From NCBI GenBank assembly GCA_023213395.1, contig CM041465.1:147505741-147569740 (forward strand): a DNA stretch of 64,000 nucleotides. The letters are read 5' to 3'. The position numbers were made by a program, and so were the translations under genes. Position 1 is the stretch's first letter, and each line of letters opens with the position of its first letter. Below the pieces are notes generated by a model that was not told where the DNA came from, made no database searches, and saw only the letters and a program-made list of their open reading frames with translations. The stretch is from Cycas panzhihuaensis (taxonomy: Eukaryota > Plantae > Cycadophyta). Below are positions 35,501 through 47,760 of this stretch, in pieces.

Positions 35501-37869
35501 AGAGATATGACCATACTTCAAATGCCAAATTTCGCTATTATCAGTGCTATCAGCAGCAAGAGCTTTTACATCAGAAATCATTTTGGTGGGGCCTTTATCA
35601 GGCATTACAGGAGTTGAAAGGAGTTTATACAACCTATTGCATTTTTCTCCTTTGGCTATAACAATCCCATTTCTTTTCATATCAAGGATATAACAATATC
35701 CATGTTCATCGAATATTGTTCTCAACTTTTTATTACTCAATTGTGATACTGACAGGAGATTCTTTTTTATTCTAGGTACAAAAAAAAAAATTGCCAATAC
35801 GTTGAACTTTTCCGTCAATGAGTATGGCAATTTGTCCTATTCCCCTTATGTGTAAGTGAAAGTTGTCTCCTAGTTCAATAGACGTATTGCATTCATAAGG
35901 TTTGATGATTTCAAACCATTCTTTAACTCCTGTCATATGATGTGAGGCGCCCGAGTCTATATACCAGTTTTTTGTTGCACCTGCATTGGCTGTCAAGGCT
36001 GCAATAAAAGCAGTTTAAATTTCTTCTTCTAGTATGTCTTTTTCTTTACTATAATTTCCGAATACCTGTTGTTTTCCTTTCTACAGTTCTGCACGTCTTT
36101 GGTAGCACTAATAGGGGTAATGACCTGTTTGGCCATAGTGATAACAAACATCGAAGTCTGATTACTTGAAAAGTGACACGTTTTTCATGATTAAAGCATA
36201 CTTTGGCATCTCGTGGTGGATTGCTAATCATCCTTCCTCGTCCTCTTCCTTCTGTCCAATGTCCCCTGTGACTTGCTGGTGTTCTTCCTCTTGATTTGGA
36301 ATTGAATTGTCCTCTTCCTCTGCCTCCAAACTGAAGTTTAGAAATGAGTGCTTCTTCAATTTTTGAGTCTTCTTCATACCTTTGATTTCTTTGCTCTTGA
36401 GCATACATATGTCCTATCAAGGTATCAAAAGACATTATGGTTGTATGTCCTCCTCCTGTCAGCATATTCACCATATTATCAAAAGACTTTGGAAGTTTAT
36501 TAAGCACCAGGTGTATTAGTTCTGTGTCTGTTAACCTATCTCCTGCTGTGAGAAGGGCAGTCTTAATGCCAGTTAACTTAGTTAAAAAATCTGACACAGT
36601 TTGACCCTCTCTCATTTTCAATTTACAGAGCTCTTCTCTTAATGCCACAATTCTAGCTTCATTTTTTCTACTAAACATTGAAGTCATAACTTGCCAAATT
36701 TCACTTGCATCTTCTAGGCCGTCCACATAAACTAATAATGAGTCAAAAATCGAGAGTTTAAGAGCTGAAACAGCAGCATTGTTTCTTTCCTCCCAACTGG
36801 TCAAGGTTGTTGCATCAGTTGTTGTTTTCAAATTTGATGGTGATTTTCTAGGCGTGCTTTGCTCTCAGTAACCCTTCCATCTTGATTTTCCAAACGCTAA
36901 AATTCATTTTTGTAAGTTTGTCACTCTCAATTAGCGAACCAGCATAGGAGGCCATTGTTAAGAATGAATGGAGGCAAGAAAAATTGATTTGAATGTCTAT
37001 ACGGCCTGTTGTATGGATTTTCGTACGGTACAAAAGTTGTACAGACTGAGACGAAAGTGGTCTTAAATGAAAGGTCTTCCAAATGGGTATCCAAATCTAA
37101 CTTTACTTTCGTGTTTGACCTTCAGATGTGAGAGAAAATCTCAGACAAAAGTGTAAATCCGCGCCCAAGGGTTTTTAACGTTTTTGAGAAAAAATGTAGA
37201 AAAAACAACCTAAAAACATGCAAACAATTACTTAATCTCTTCGTTTAGTGATGAGGAAGGAATCAAGTACTTTGTACCAGGGATTTTGATCAAATTTTTT
37301 GAGAAAACACTGAGAGAAGGCTCCAAATCCGCGCGCCTGTATTTTTGCCCAAAACTGGGTTGAAACGGCTCCAAATGATGTCGATGTAGAAGAGAAAGAT
37401 GAAGAGGATGCCACGATCTACGATCTGGGTGAGTTTCGTCGAATTCTGATGACTTTGATTTTTGGCATCCATACAAGGCCGTACAAGTCTGTGCAGTCAT
37501 ACAAATCTGTACGATTCTTCTTCCAAATCCGCCTGGTCAGTTTGTCTTCACACAACAGAGTCTTATGATAACAATTTGTGTCCAGTATTCTTCTTCTCCT
37601 TTCAATGAAGCCTTAACTTGCTTCTTCACAGGCAGGAGGACCAAAGGAGCCTGCTCTGATACCATGTAACAAAACCTTGATGAAGAATGAATTCACTCTC
37701 TCTGATTCTTTATTGATGATTCATTGCATATCTATACAAGTACAAGATAGGTACAAATGGCAAACGCTCAACTACGTGATGCCACTTGTCAATATAAGAC
37801 AAAAGGGGGAAGAGGTACAAGACCCTCACATTAAATATTATGACCTAATGTAAAACGTTACCTTTTACA
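32595..37869 (-). mobile_element. Element D: full-length Ty1/copia retrotransposon with 205-bp LTRs (32595-32799, 37665-37869) and TSD AAACT
   Basis: LTRs run TGTAA...TTACA and differ at 6 of 205 sites by my count. PBS 37653-37664, PPT ~32800-32807. AAACT at 32590-32594 and 37870-37874. Confidence 0.97.
32819..36955 (-). pseudogene. gag-pol of element D (gag, protease, GAG-pre-integrase, integrase, RT, RNase H), broken by stops and frameshifts
   Basis: WYIDSGASHHMTG, TDLCGP..YFLTFIDDFSR, HSDRGGEF, YKARLVAKGY, VVVYVDDMLITG, DSDWAGD..DRKSTSGY, RTKHIEVHHHF. Confidence 0.95.
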
Positions 37870-37953
37870 AAACTCTTGAGAGAACTTGCCTAATATGGCT
37901 AATCAGTTAACTCAAAGAAAAGAATGAGCAAGAATTAGACATTATTTTTAACA

Positions 37954-40354
37954 ATCTAGAATTGTGTATTATGGATGCATAACCTCTACTTCATCCTCCA
38001 ATTAAAAAGGCTTATACAACTTGAGTTTATTGATGTTGATGACATCATGTATCCCAAGATGAGTTGGTAGGTCCAGGTGAAAAACATTCGATCTAATGGC
38101 TTCTAATATCTGATAGGGTCCAAACTTGATTACCTTGAATTTATGATTTTGTTGGTTATCAGAATACTTCTTATCTAAATTTAACCATACTTTGTCTCCC
38201 TACTACAATTGGTGAGTGGTTCGTGCTTGTCTCGTAAAGCCTTATATTTTGACTGATACTTAGCAAGTATCGCACACATGTGTGCATGTATCTTTTATAG
38301 ATCCTCTGCCTTTTGTTGCTTTATTTGCTTCTTTAAAGGTTATAGACTTGATGTAATAACATCTTGAATAGGCTAATAAATCATTGCAACATGGATAGAA
38401 TATGGTGTTACAAACACAACTTGTAGTATTTGTAATTATTATTGTCAATTTTGGGTTTGTGGTTGCAGTTGAGGTTGCCGGAGTGGTGGCTTCCCAGAGT
38501 GTTGTCAATTCCTCAATCTTTTCTTGCCTAATTTCTCTAGTTACATTGTTGTAATAATATTTGTATCTATCTCAAGATGTATGTTCAATCCAATTATAAG
38601 ACGCAAGAGCAAGGGTCAAAGTACTAATAGTAGCCATGATAGAAGTGGCAATATTGACTAAAGATGCCATGGTAGAAGGGGCAAGAACAAGATTACTAAC
38701 AACGAGTTAGGGTTGTATAAGAAGAGCCCAAGAAGGTTGTTGATGCCCAAATTGAATTGTTGCCACCTAATAATAGGCATATTACTTTTGAGGTTATGTC
38801 ATTGGTTGTATTAGATACAATTAATGTTTTTGTTACAAGAAAGGATTTGGTTGTGATTAAAAATTTGACTGAGCATGTGCTTGTTATTGAGGAGGGATAG
38901 GTTATTGTTGTTGTGATTTTGTCTATGACTATAATTGTAGTTGATGTTTTTTTTAGGTGTGGTCGAGGTTGTGTTTATAACTGTAATTGCAGTTGTTTCA
39001 TGGGTATTAACAAATGGTATTACCATGAATTAGGAGGAATTTGTGATGAAAACTAAGGCAACATGTTGCACTTGAGACTAAGAAATTGATAACTTTGTAT
39101 GTATAAGCAATGGTTGTTATGATGAAAGTATCCTACCAAAAGAAGGTGGTGGTTTTCCAAGTGGTTGGGAGGCTTGTAGTTCTTGCCCAAGCTAATGCGC
39201 ATACTAATGAGAAGTTTGCAGTTGTGAATGAGATGGTTGTAGGGGGGGCACTATAGGAATAGGGGCTACATGCTAGGCCAACATCTATTGAAATGTTTGT
39301 CATGTTGGCTTGGAAAGTCTAGTTTACTATCCTATGGTCCTAAAGCTCTTGGGCTAGTAGTTGAACAAGGCTATTAACCAAGACATCAAATGTGATCTCT
39401 TCTTCATCAAACGGTGGACCACATCCTCCAAGGTTCTCAACACGTTGGAAATGAGAAGCAAGCACAAGAAAAACTTCCAAAAATAAATTTTAAGGCATAA
39501 TTCTAAAGCTCTCATAGCAATTTATGTGTATATTTTGAGAAGCCTCTTAAAAAATTCTTGGGAATAAAGAAATGGAGTGGAAGACTTCATGAATGGACTC
39601 AATGAAATAACATACCAATAGAGAGAGAGTGTATATAATGGACGATTGTATGGCTACAAAGAATATGTACAACCATTTGGGTAACTTTGTTGATGTTAAA
39701 GGCTACGGGTCTTCTCTACATTGGAATGATCCCTTGTCTTGGTGTTAGAGCCTGGAGATGTTGCATCCTTGTAGCAACTTGCACGGAAGGTTGAGGAAAT
39801 CTAAGAAAATGACAAGAATGCACTTCATAAAACATGATAATCTTAGAGAGGAGTGCTCCCTTGAGTAGAAAACCTAAAAGACCACCTTCTTGTCTCGAAC
39901 AATGCTTTACAAGAAGTTTTACAAGTGGGGAACTATGCATACCTATGTTTTAATGGTAGAAATTAGAAGAAGATATGAAGAAAAGAAAGAAAAATAATGA
40001 AGCTCAATGCCCCAAGAGAAGCCAAAGAGCCTCCTTTTAATTTATTTTCCTTTATATCGATTTTGCAATTACTTCTTGATCTTGTAACTACTATAACATT
40101 TGTTGATAGTTGGTCCTCGACTCCATGTTACTACTTCACTCAAGATTGAGTTCTATGTTAGCAAGTCACAACTTTAGTAGGGATTGGGCAAAGACAACAT
40201 GTTGATGGTTATGATCGACATGTGTAGGCTACACCATGATTGCAACTGAATAACAAATACAGTGCAACTACAACTGAACATTGCGATTTTGACCCAACAA
40301 TTCTGCATGATTTCTTATGTTGTAGAATAACATTGGGTATCATGAAGCACATCA
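37954..40354 (-). mobile_element. 5' part of old gypsy element G (5' LTR 39691-40354, low-complexity gag-region relic, integrase C-terminal relic ~37954-38300)
   Basis: LTR termini TGATG...CATCA. Minus-strand translation GDKVWLNLDKK..KFKVIKFGPYQILEAI..FHLDLP..IHDVININKLKLY ends at the TAGAT site. Confidence 0.82.
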
Positions 40355-40979
40355 AAACCATTCAAACATTTTGTAGTACTTTAGCATCTGAGATTCAATG
40401 GAAGAAAACAAGATGCTATGTTGAGAGTTTAAATGACATATATGAATGGACTACATAACATGGATAGATCTCAATCAAAACAAATGAAAATTTTAAATTC
40501 TTAGACATCCTATTTGGTTTCCTATCCACTTTATCAATAATGTGATCTCCATATTAAAGAAATTTTAAGAACATGGTTGTAACTAACAATACCAAATTTG
40601 TATGAAGGTGTTAACGATGATAGGCACATTATGTCTCTTCTTAGGTGCCATCCAATTCTACTTACCCTTATTTGGTTAGACTTATACACTCTTTCCTTCA
40701 ACTCCCTCGTGAGGATTTAACACAATTGGTTGGGACATTTGTTTCAAAAACAAAGTTAGGAGGTGGCATAGATATTGTGGAGATTAAAAGAAGAGTTCCA
40801 ACACTATGTGCTAAATATATTATTGCTAGAGAGGGAGAAGACATTAGGAAGGTACATATTAGACAATATTACAAGGGCTAAATGCTTACAAGAAATAAGC
40901 TTGTTTCTAACTTCACAAGAAAGAATCTAGCTTTAGTATGAGTCTTACAATGTTTAAAGTTGTAAGAATGATAGCTTTT

Positions 40980-43900
40980 TGTTAACATGGCAGTTGTTTG
41001 TTAAGCCACTTGTTAATGTTAATGTGGTCGTTTAACTAATGTGATCAACAAAATGGTGCGAGTATGTGGAGGGTCACAACCCTTGTCGATTGACACCTCT
41101 TGGAAGGATTATAAATATCCTAGAGCCCTTGTATATTCGTATCAATCAAGTGGTAATCAATGTGATCGATAGATCTTTGTGGTGGGGTTTTTCCCGAAAG
41201 GGTTTTCCACGCGTATCTTGTGTACTGTGTACTTATTTTTTGTGTTTATTTTGTTTGCTTGTTATGTACGGTAAAAGATTCTGTGAATATAAACATGTAT
41301 GCATTCATCCATGTTTCTTAATATGGTATTAGAGTTGTAGGGTCCTACACAATTAAGGTTGGAGTTGGATGGAGTGATGAGATTATTAGTTGTTAGGTGA
41401 TGGAGTCAAAATCCAAGAATTTCTTGAGGACTTATCTTCTCTAATAACTTGCAAGAGCAAGCACAATGATCAATGATAGTTGAGGAGGTGAAACTCACAT
41501 ATCAACAAGGTTAAGGCACTATTGAGGTCAAAATTCAGACATGCAAGCCATTTTTGTGGAGTGAGTTGGTTCGTTGGGGGTCATCCAAAGCTAGTTAGTG
41601 AATTGAGGCATTACTTGAGGCCATCAGAGCATGTTTTGATAGAGATTCGGGAGTAGTGAGGACAACCATGCGCCATACAAGTAAGTTGGCTCTTTTCTTA
41701 ATAAAGCACCATTGTGTTTGACATTGAAAATTACCATTATACATCAAAGAAGTCAAACATCTTACTTGACGGCGAGATTGCATCCTGTCAAGGTGGTTTT
41801 CTGTCCTTAATAAGACTGCAAGGCAGTATTTGTGGTTGTACCTTAGATTCCTTGGTGTGTATGGTTGAATGTTAAACGTAGGTGACTTTGTGTAAGTATG
41901 AAGCCCTTCCTTTGCATTCATGAGTGTGATTGCTAATTGGAATGGGATCAAGAGCCTCTTGTATAAAGGTTGGACTATGTAAGGTCAAACTTTACCAACT
42001 GTGAGGTGTTGGGGAGTCTGTTTGAGCTTGGTAGACCTGCGCAAGTCGTGCGGTAGCCACACCTTATGAAGATGTCTCTTTGACTTCATAGATATCAAAC
42101 ATGGGTTGTTTAATATATATTTTATTGCTTTAACCTTACTCGATGGACATTGTATATTTAATTTCAATTTTAAGCATGTGCGATAAGTCATAAGGTGTGC
42201 AGCCCTTGTGAATAGTCGTAACTTTTGGGAATATACCTTTTGGCATATTCCACATAAAGTTACTTTATAAAAAGCCTTGTATACTATTGATTTTTCATAT
42301 TGTTGATATTTTAGCTTTGTGAAGTCATTTGGAGATCATTTTGAAGCTTGTTTTAATGGACATCTGACTTGGAGGACCGTACATCCACTGTTGTGTGAAG
42401 TTCTCTTCCAGGTGAAGCACATTCTAAGGTTTTTTCAAGTCATTTTTTAGCCTCTTCTTGAGTATTTTAAAAATATTTTTTAAGGCTGTTAGTGAAGGGT
42501 GGACAGCTGGTGGGCGGTTTTCGCTTGCATAACCATTATTCAATACACTCCAATAAGTGTGCCTGAGAAGGAGGTGATCACAATGAAGTGGTATTATCTC
42601 GAAGGCTATAAGTGTAGCAGTCTAGTGATATTAACCCGTTCTGAAGCTTGTTTCTCAAGATGGATCGTTTGATGCCGAAAGTTATCTTTAATGACAATAA
42701 CTTCAGAGAGTGGAAGGCTAATATGGAGTTAACACTAATAGTGAATCAACTCTACGCGATAACTAAAGCAAAAGTGGATGTGATCTTGCTTGACGATGGA
42801 GAATGTGCATGACTTTAGGAGAAACTGTTTATGTCCATCGGATTGTTGAAACTGTCATTGGCGCCAAACTAGAGTGCATTGGTTCATAACCTAGATCAAC
42901 TAGATGAAATCTAGGTAAAGTTGTGTGAAACTTTTAAGAATAAGAAGATGAATAGACATCTAACTTTAATGTTGGAGCTTTTCAATTCTACAGCAGAAGA
43001 TGAGACCAACATAAGCACCTACCTGAATAAAGTCACTGACTTGAAGAACAAACTAGAAGAGTTGAAGGCAAATTTGATTGATGATCCGTTCTGGTTTGCG
43101 GTAATCATGTTAAAATTGCTAGCTACTTTTGCCACTTTCTAGACCATCTATGGTAGAGATGAGGTGATGGAGGGAGAGACGCTTGATGGCATAAAAACTC
43201 TTATTCAAGTAGAGGATGCTAAGTTAAAATATCATGGGATGCTTGGAGGTTCCAAGTTAAGTCACGCCTTATTCATGAAGACACAAAGGAGGGAGACCAT
43301 TTAGGAGGAGAAGTTCACACAAATGTTTGAGGTAGAGTCTTGGGAGAAGAAGAAATTCACAAGAAAATGTAACTATTGCAAGTAGGAAGGCCATAGAGAA
43401 AAGAATTGTTGGTTCAAAAGACAGGACAATTGCAAAGCTAGCCAAGATGGTAAAGGGAAGAGTGTAGCAAAACACTATGTTAGAGTGTCAGCCTTGTCAG
43501 TCGAGTCAAGTCAAAGAGACTATTGGATATTGGACTCTAGAGCGCAAAAGCACAAGTCTTTCTAGAAACAAAACTTTGATGCATGGAGTGCAGATCATAG
43601 TGGTGTTGAGATTATCCTTATAGATGCTCGCGTGTTACCAATTGAAGGTGTTGGGAGATGTATCCTTGGTAGGTGGTAAGTTTAAAGGGTCTATTATATA
43701 CCCAAGATGTAGTTGAATTTACTATCATCCCAGGAAATTTATAAACAAGGAATGAAGGTGGAGCTTTATAAATATAGATGTCTGATTAAGGATCCTAAAT
43801 AGAATTTCTCTATCATTACTACTAGGAAAGTTATAAATAATTTTTGGGTGTTTGTAAAGTTTCAATCCCAGAAGAAGTCTTATGCTTTTGTTGCCATTGC

Positions 43901-46251
43901 AGATGATGTGAGTAAGTTATGACATGATTGCCTAGGTCATTTTAATTACAGAAGTATCGCACTGTTGAAAAGGTTAAAAATAGTAGAAGGATTACTATAT
44001 GTTTCATGTTCAAATGTTGTTTGTGAAGGGTGTATATATGGAAAGCATCATCGCTATCCTTTTGCTCGGGACAACGCTTGGAGAGCCATGGAGAAACCTA
44101 AGCTTGTGCATACGGATGTGATGGGACCGCTCTCGAACCCTTCAACATCTTGAGCTTGATATACCTTAGTGTTTATAGATGACTACACCAGGAAGGCCTG
44201 GGTGTATGTTCTGAAAAACAAGTCAAAGGTGTTTGATCGCTTCCATGATTGGAAAGTGAGTGTTGAAAATGAAAGTGATAAAAAGATAAAAACATTGAGA
44301 AGTGATAATGGCAAGGAATATGACAATCATACATTTAATCGGTTCTACTTGGATCATGGTATAAAACAAGAGTTTACTATCCTATGTACCCCACAATAGA
44401 ATGGTATTGCAGAGAGAAAAAATTATACCATGATGGAGATGGCAAGATATATGGTGCATTTAAAAAACTTGCCACCAATGTTTTTGGCAAAAACTATTGC
44501 AACTACTATTTATATTTTAAACAGGTTACTCATTCAAGCAGTTCAAAGCATAACCCTTGAGGAGAAATGGACCAATCGTGAACCTGTCATTGGTCATTTT
44601 AAAACATTTGGGTGCATTGGATATGCACACATCCTTGACGAAGGTCACAAGAATCTGGATCACAAGAGTTTGAAGTGTATTTTTGTGGGGTATTCTAATC
44701 AGAATAAAGCTTACAGACTGTGGGATCTGAAGGGGAGAGTTGGGATATTAAATTTGATGAATCACTGATGTATCATGCTGAGAAGTCATCAAAATAGCCT
44801 TTTTAGTTCCCACTACTTCCATTTCCATATTCAATAGCTAAAGAGGATGATGAGTTAGTCATTGGAATTCAAGAGGAAGCTAGATCGAATGCAGTAAGTA
44901 ATAGTGAGGAGCTATCACGTGAAGAAGTACCTGCAACACCAAGTCCTTCTATACCATTATGGGCAAGAAAGACGATAGAGGATTCCAAAGTGGCGATGCA
45001 GAACCTTGTTGATGATAGAGCAACAATAAGTCAGCATGCCAGTCAAACTCTACTTGTAGACACCAACGACTCCAGTGATCTTGTTTCATATAACGAAGTG
45101 AAGGATGATCCATGATGGAGAGTTGCAATGGAGGAGGAGTATGGCTCAATTATGAAGAATGCCACATGGGATTTGGTTCCCTTACCTCCAAAGAAGAACT
45201 TTGTTGGATGCAACTGGATCTACAAGACAAAGTTCCACTCCAATGGAGAGGTGGATAAGTATAAGGCCAAGCTTGTCACTTAAGGGTTTAAGCAAAATGA
45301 AGAAATTGATTATGAGGAGACATTTGCACTAATCTTTAAGATAACCATAGTTTGTTTGATCATTCCCTTAAAAGTTGCATATGGTTGGGAGTAACATCAT
45401 ATGGACTTTAAGTTTGCATTTCTTAATGAAGAATCTAAAGGAGGAGATTTATATGTCGCAGCTTTTGGGATTCATTTAGAAAGGTTAGGAGCAGAGTATC
45501 AAGGACCCAGTGTTGGTGCTAAAGAAGTTATATGGTTGCAAGGTCTCTTAAAAGTTCTTGGAGTTTTAAATGACAATCTGATTATTTTTGTCAATAATCA
45601 TTATACCATTCATTTGTCAAGGAATCCAGAGTTTCATGCTCGTACGGAGCACATTGAGATATAACACCACTATATCAAGGAAGCTACAGGTTGACTATTA
45701 TGTGAGTAAATATTAACTTGTAGTCATCTTCACTAAAGTATTCATTGAAGACCAATTCACAAAGATGCATACCAGATTGGGACTCACAAATGTTATCCTT
45801 AAGGGGGGATGTATTAACAAGGATAAAGAAGTAGGATAGTCCCAACCTTCGTGATAACTCAACTACTACAAGTTGTAGGTTATCCACATTCACATTAAGG
45901 GGGAATGTTAGTGTGGCCGTTATTTGTTAGGCCATTTGTTAATGTTAATGTGGTGATTTAGGTAATGTGATTAACGAAATAGTGCGAGTTATTCAGAGGG
46001 TTATAACTCTTATCAGTTGACACCTCTTGGAAGGATTATAAATATCCTAGAGCCCTTGTATATTCATATCAATCAAGTGGTAATCAATGTGATCGATAGA
46101 TCTTTGTGGTAGATTTTTTTTCCAAAAGGGTTTTCCATGTATATCATATATACTGTGCAACTGCTTTCTATGTTTATCTTGTTTGCTTATTGTGTATGGT
46201 AAATACTTTTGTGAATGTAAACATGTATGTGTTCATTCATGTTTACTAACA
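40980..46251 (+). mobile_element. Element J: decayed Ty1/copia element (5' LTR 40980-41323, PBS 41324-41335, gag-pol relic ~42660-45800 with a large RT deletion, 3' LTR 45906-46251), TSD CTTTT/CTTTC
   Basis: The LTR pair aligns. CEGCIYGKHHR, VHTDVMGP, FIDDYTRKAW, LRSDNGKEY and FHARTEHIEI motifs are present. PPT TAAGGGGGA. Confidence 0.92.
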
Positions 46252-47630
46252 CTTTCAAAAGCATTTCAAAGGCTTAAGGTGTTAGTAGAAGCCTTTATTA
46301 CAATGTAGAGGGGATGAGCCAAGGAGAGGATAATCCATTAATAATCACTCTATTTGTCAGTCTCCCTTACTACAAAAATATAAGCTCTGCTTAGGGAAAA
46401 TTTAATGGTTTGAGGTCAAGAGATTTGTTAGAAAAGGGTTCTAAAGAGTTGGTGAGATTTATTGCAGCATTAGAAAGAGTTGGGTGACATGGAAGAGTGA
46501 GTTAGTGAATAATTTTATGAATTTAGATATGTATATTCTATAGGCCATGTCAGGGTTGTTCCTTAACCACTCCTAAAATTAGTGCTAAATCTCACAAGCA
46601 ACTTGCAAAAAGATCAAACTTCGAATGCCACTTAGTTATCAAATCATAGAAGCCACACTTCTAAGGGTAAAGATACTTTATAAACATAGGGAGTATAACA
46701 ACCCTAAGCACATTTGGAGTGATATATTTGACTAGTTTTGGAAAGCTCCTATAGAACCTAAGAAAGCCTATTTTGCTTAGTTTATCATACATCATGGCTG
46801 AAGCATACAACTAGATTGGTTGTGCAAGGTTTTTTAAAACCTTTCCAATCCAATCCATCTTCTGGTAGAACATAGTCAATCACATAGTTATTCTAGTGGT
46901 TTTCCTTCGCTAAAGATGCTTGGTTTGTGCTTAGAAAAATTCTCAACTAGCCTTATGGTCTTTCTTTGGATATAAGTCAACACCACTCAAGGATATTAGA
47001 AATTGGTCTACCACTTCTAACATTGCTTAACGCATACTCTAGGTAGGAATCATCGTTAATGAATCCTTGTACGTCTACTCCACTAATTGAATGTGGTTTG
47101 TTGTTTTGGTAAATTATTGTCAATAGATCGATGCTTATGCCAACAAGATGTGATGAGGGAATTCCTACCTAAAGAAACTTATTAACCATCGTTGTTTAAC
47201 GTCCTATATCATGAGAAGGGCACCTCTTGAAATATAGAGCTTAATATATTATCAAGGGAGTAATAAGGGAAGATTAACCTACTCTCCTGATAATTTTGAA
47301 CCTAAGAGACCCTCCCTTGGAAAGAAGGGACAATTGCATAGGAAAATGCACCAACCACCCTTTAGGATCTCTCTCTTTTGAATCATCTAAACAATGATTG
47401 TTGTAGTAATCAAGTTAGAGAAGTAAATGATCAAATTGATGGCTAGGGTATATATGTCAATTTGGATTTCGAGTTAAGCATGTTTTGGTTATTATGTGCT
47501 TATTACTACTTTTGTTGTGGTCCTTGTTAATTAAAACTAGAAAACTAAAGAATACACAACCAATTCAAGAGGGTCATTCCCTAAGGTTAGGCTAAAATTC
47601 CATATAAGTGTTTGAAAATAATTATATACT

Positions 47631-47760
47631 TGATTAATAATTCAATGGTGTTGAGTTACTATATCATATGTATATTTATATGTAGTATAATGTCCTTTTA
47701 TAATTAAGTTTGACATGTTGATGTACCCTTTAATAATAACAAAACCCTTCTTCTTCAGAT
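47631..47760 (+). repeat. Diverged ~120-bp dispersed direct repeat (second copy ~50575-50690)
   Basis: TTAATAATTCAATGGT.TT.AGT.AC.ATATCATA...TATAATGTCCTTT...CCCTTT.ATAATAA is shared by both copies. Confidence 0.7.

Larger units (their letters stand above)
32295..37953 (-). mobile_element. PBS (32295-32306) and 5' LTR of copia element C (32307-32594 plus 37875-37953), split by element D
   Basis: The joined halves are the reverse complement of LTR 11165-11535. GCTCTGAAACCA is PBS-like. The outer flank ATCTA reads TAGAT on the minus strand. Confidence 0.9.

Noticed and set aside
46260-47400. Possible coding relic flanking element J
   Set aside because: No motif I can identify in any frame; left unannotated.
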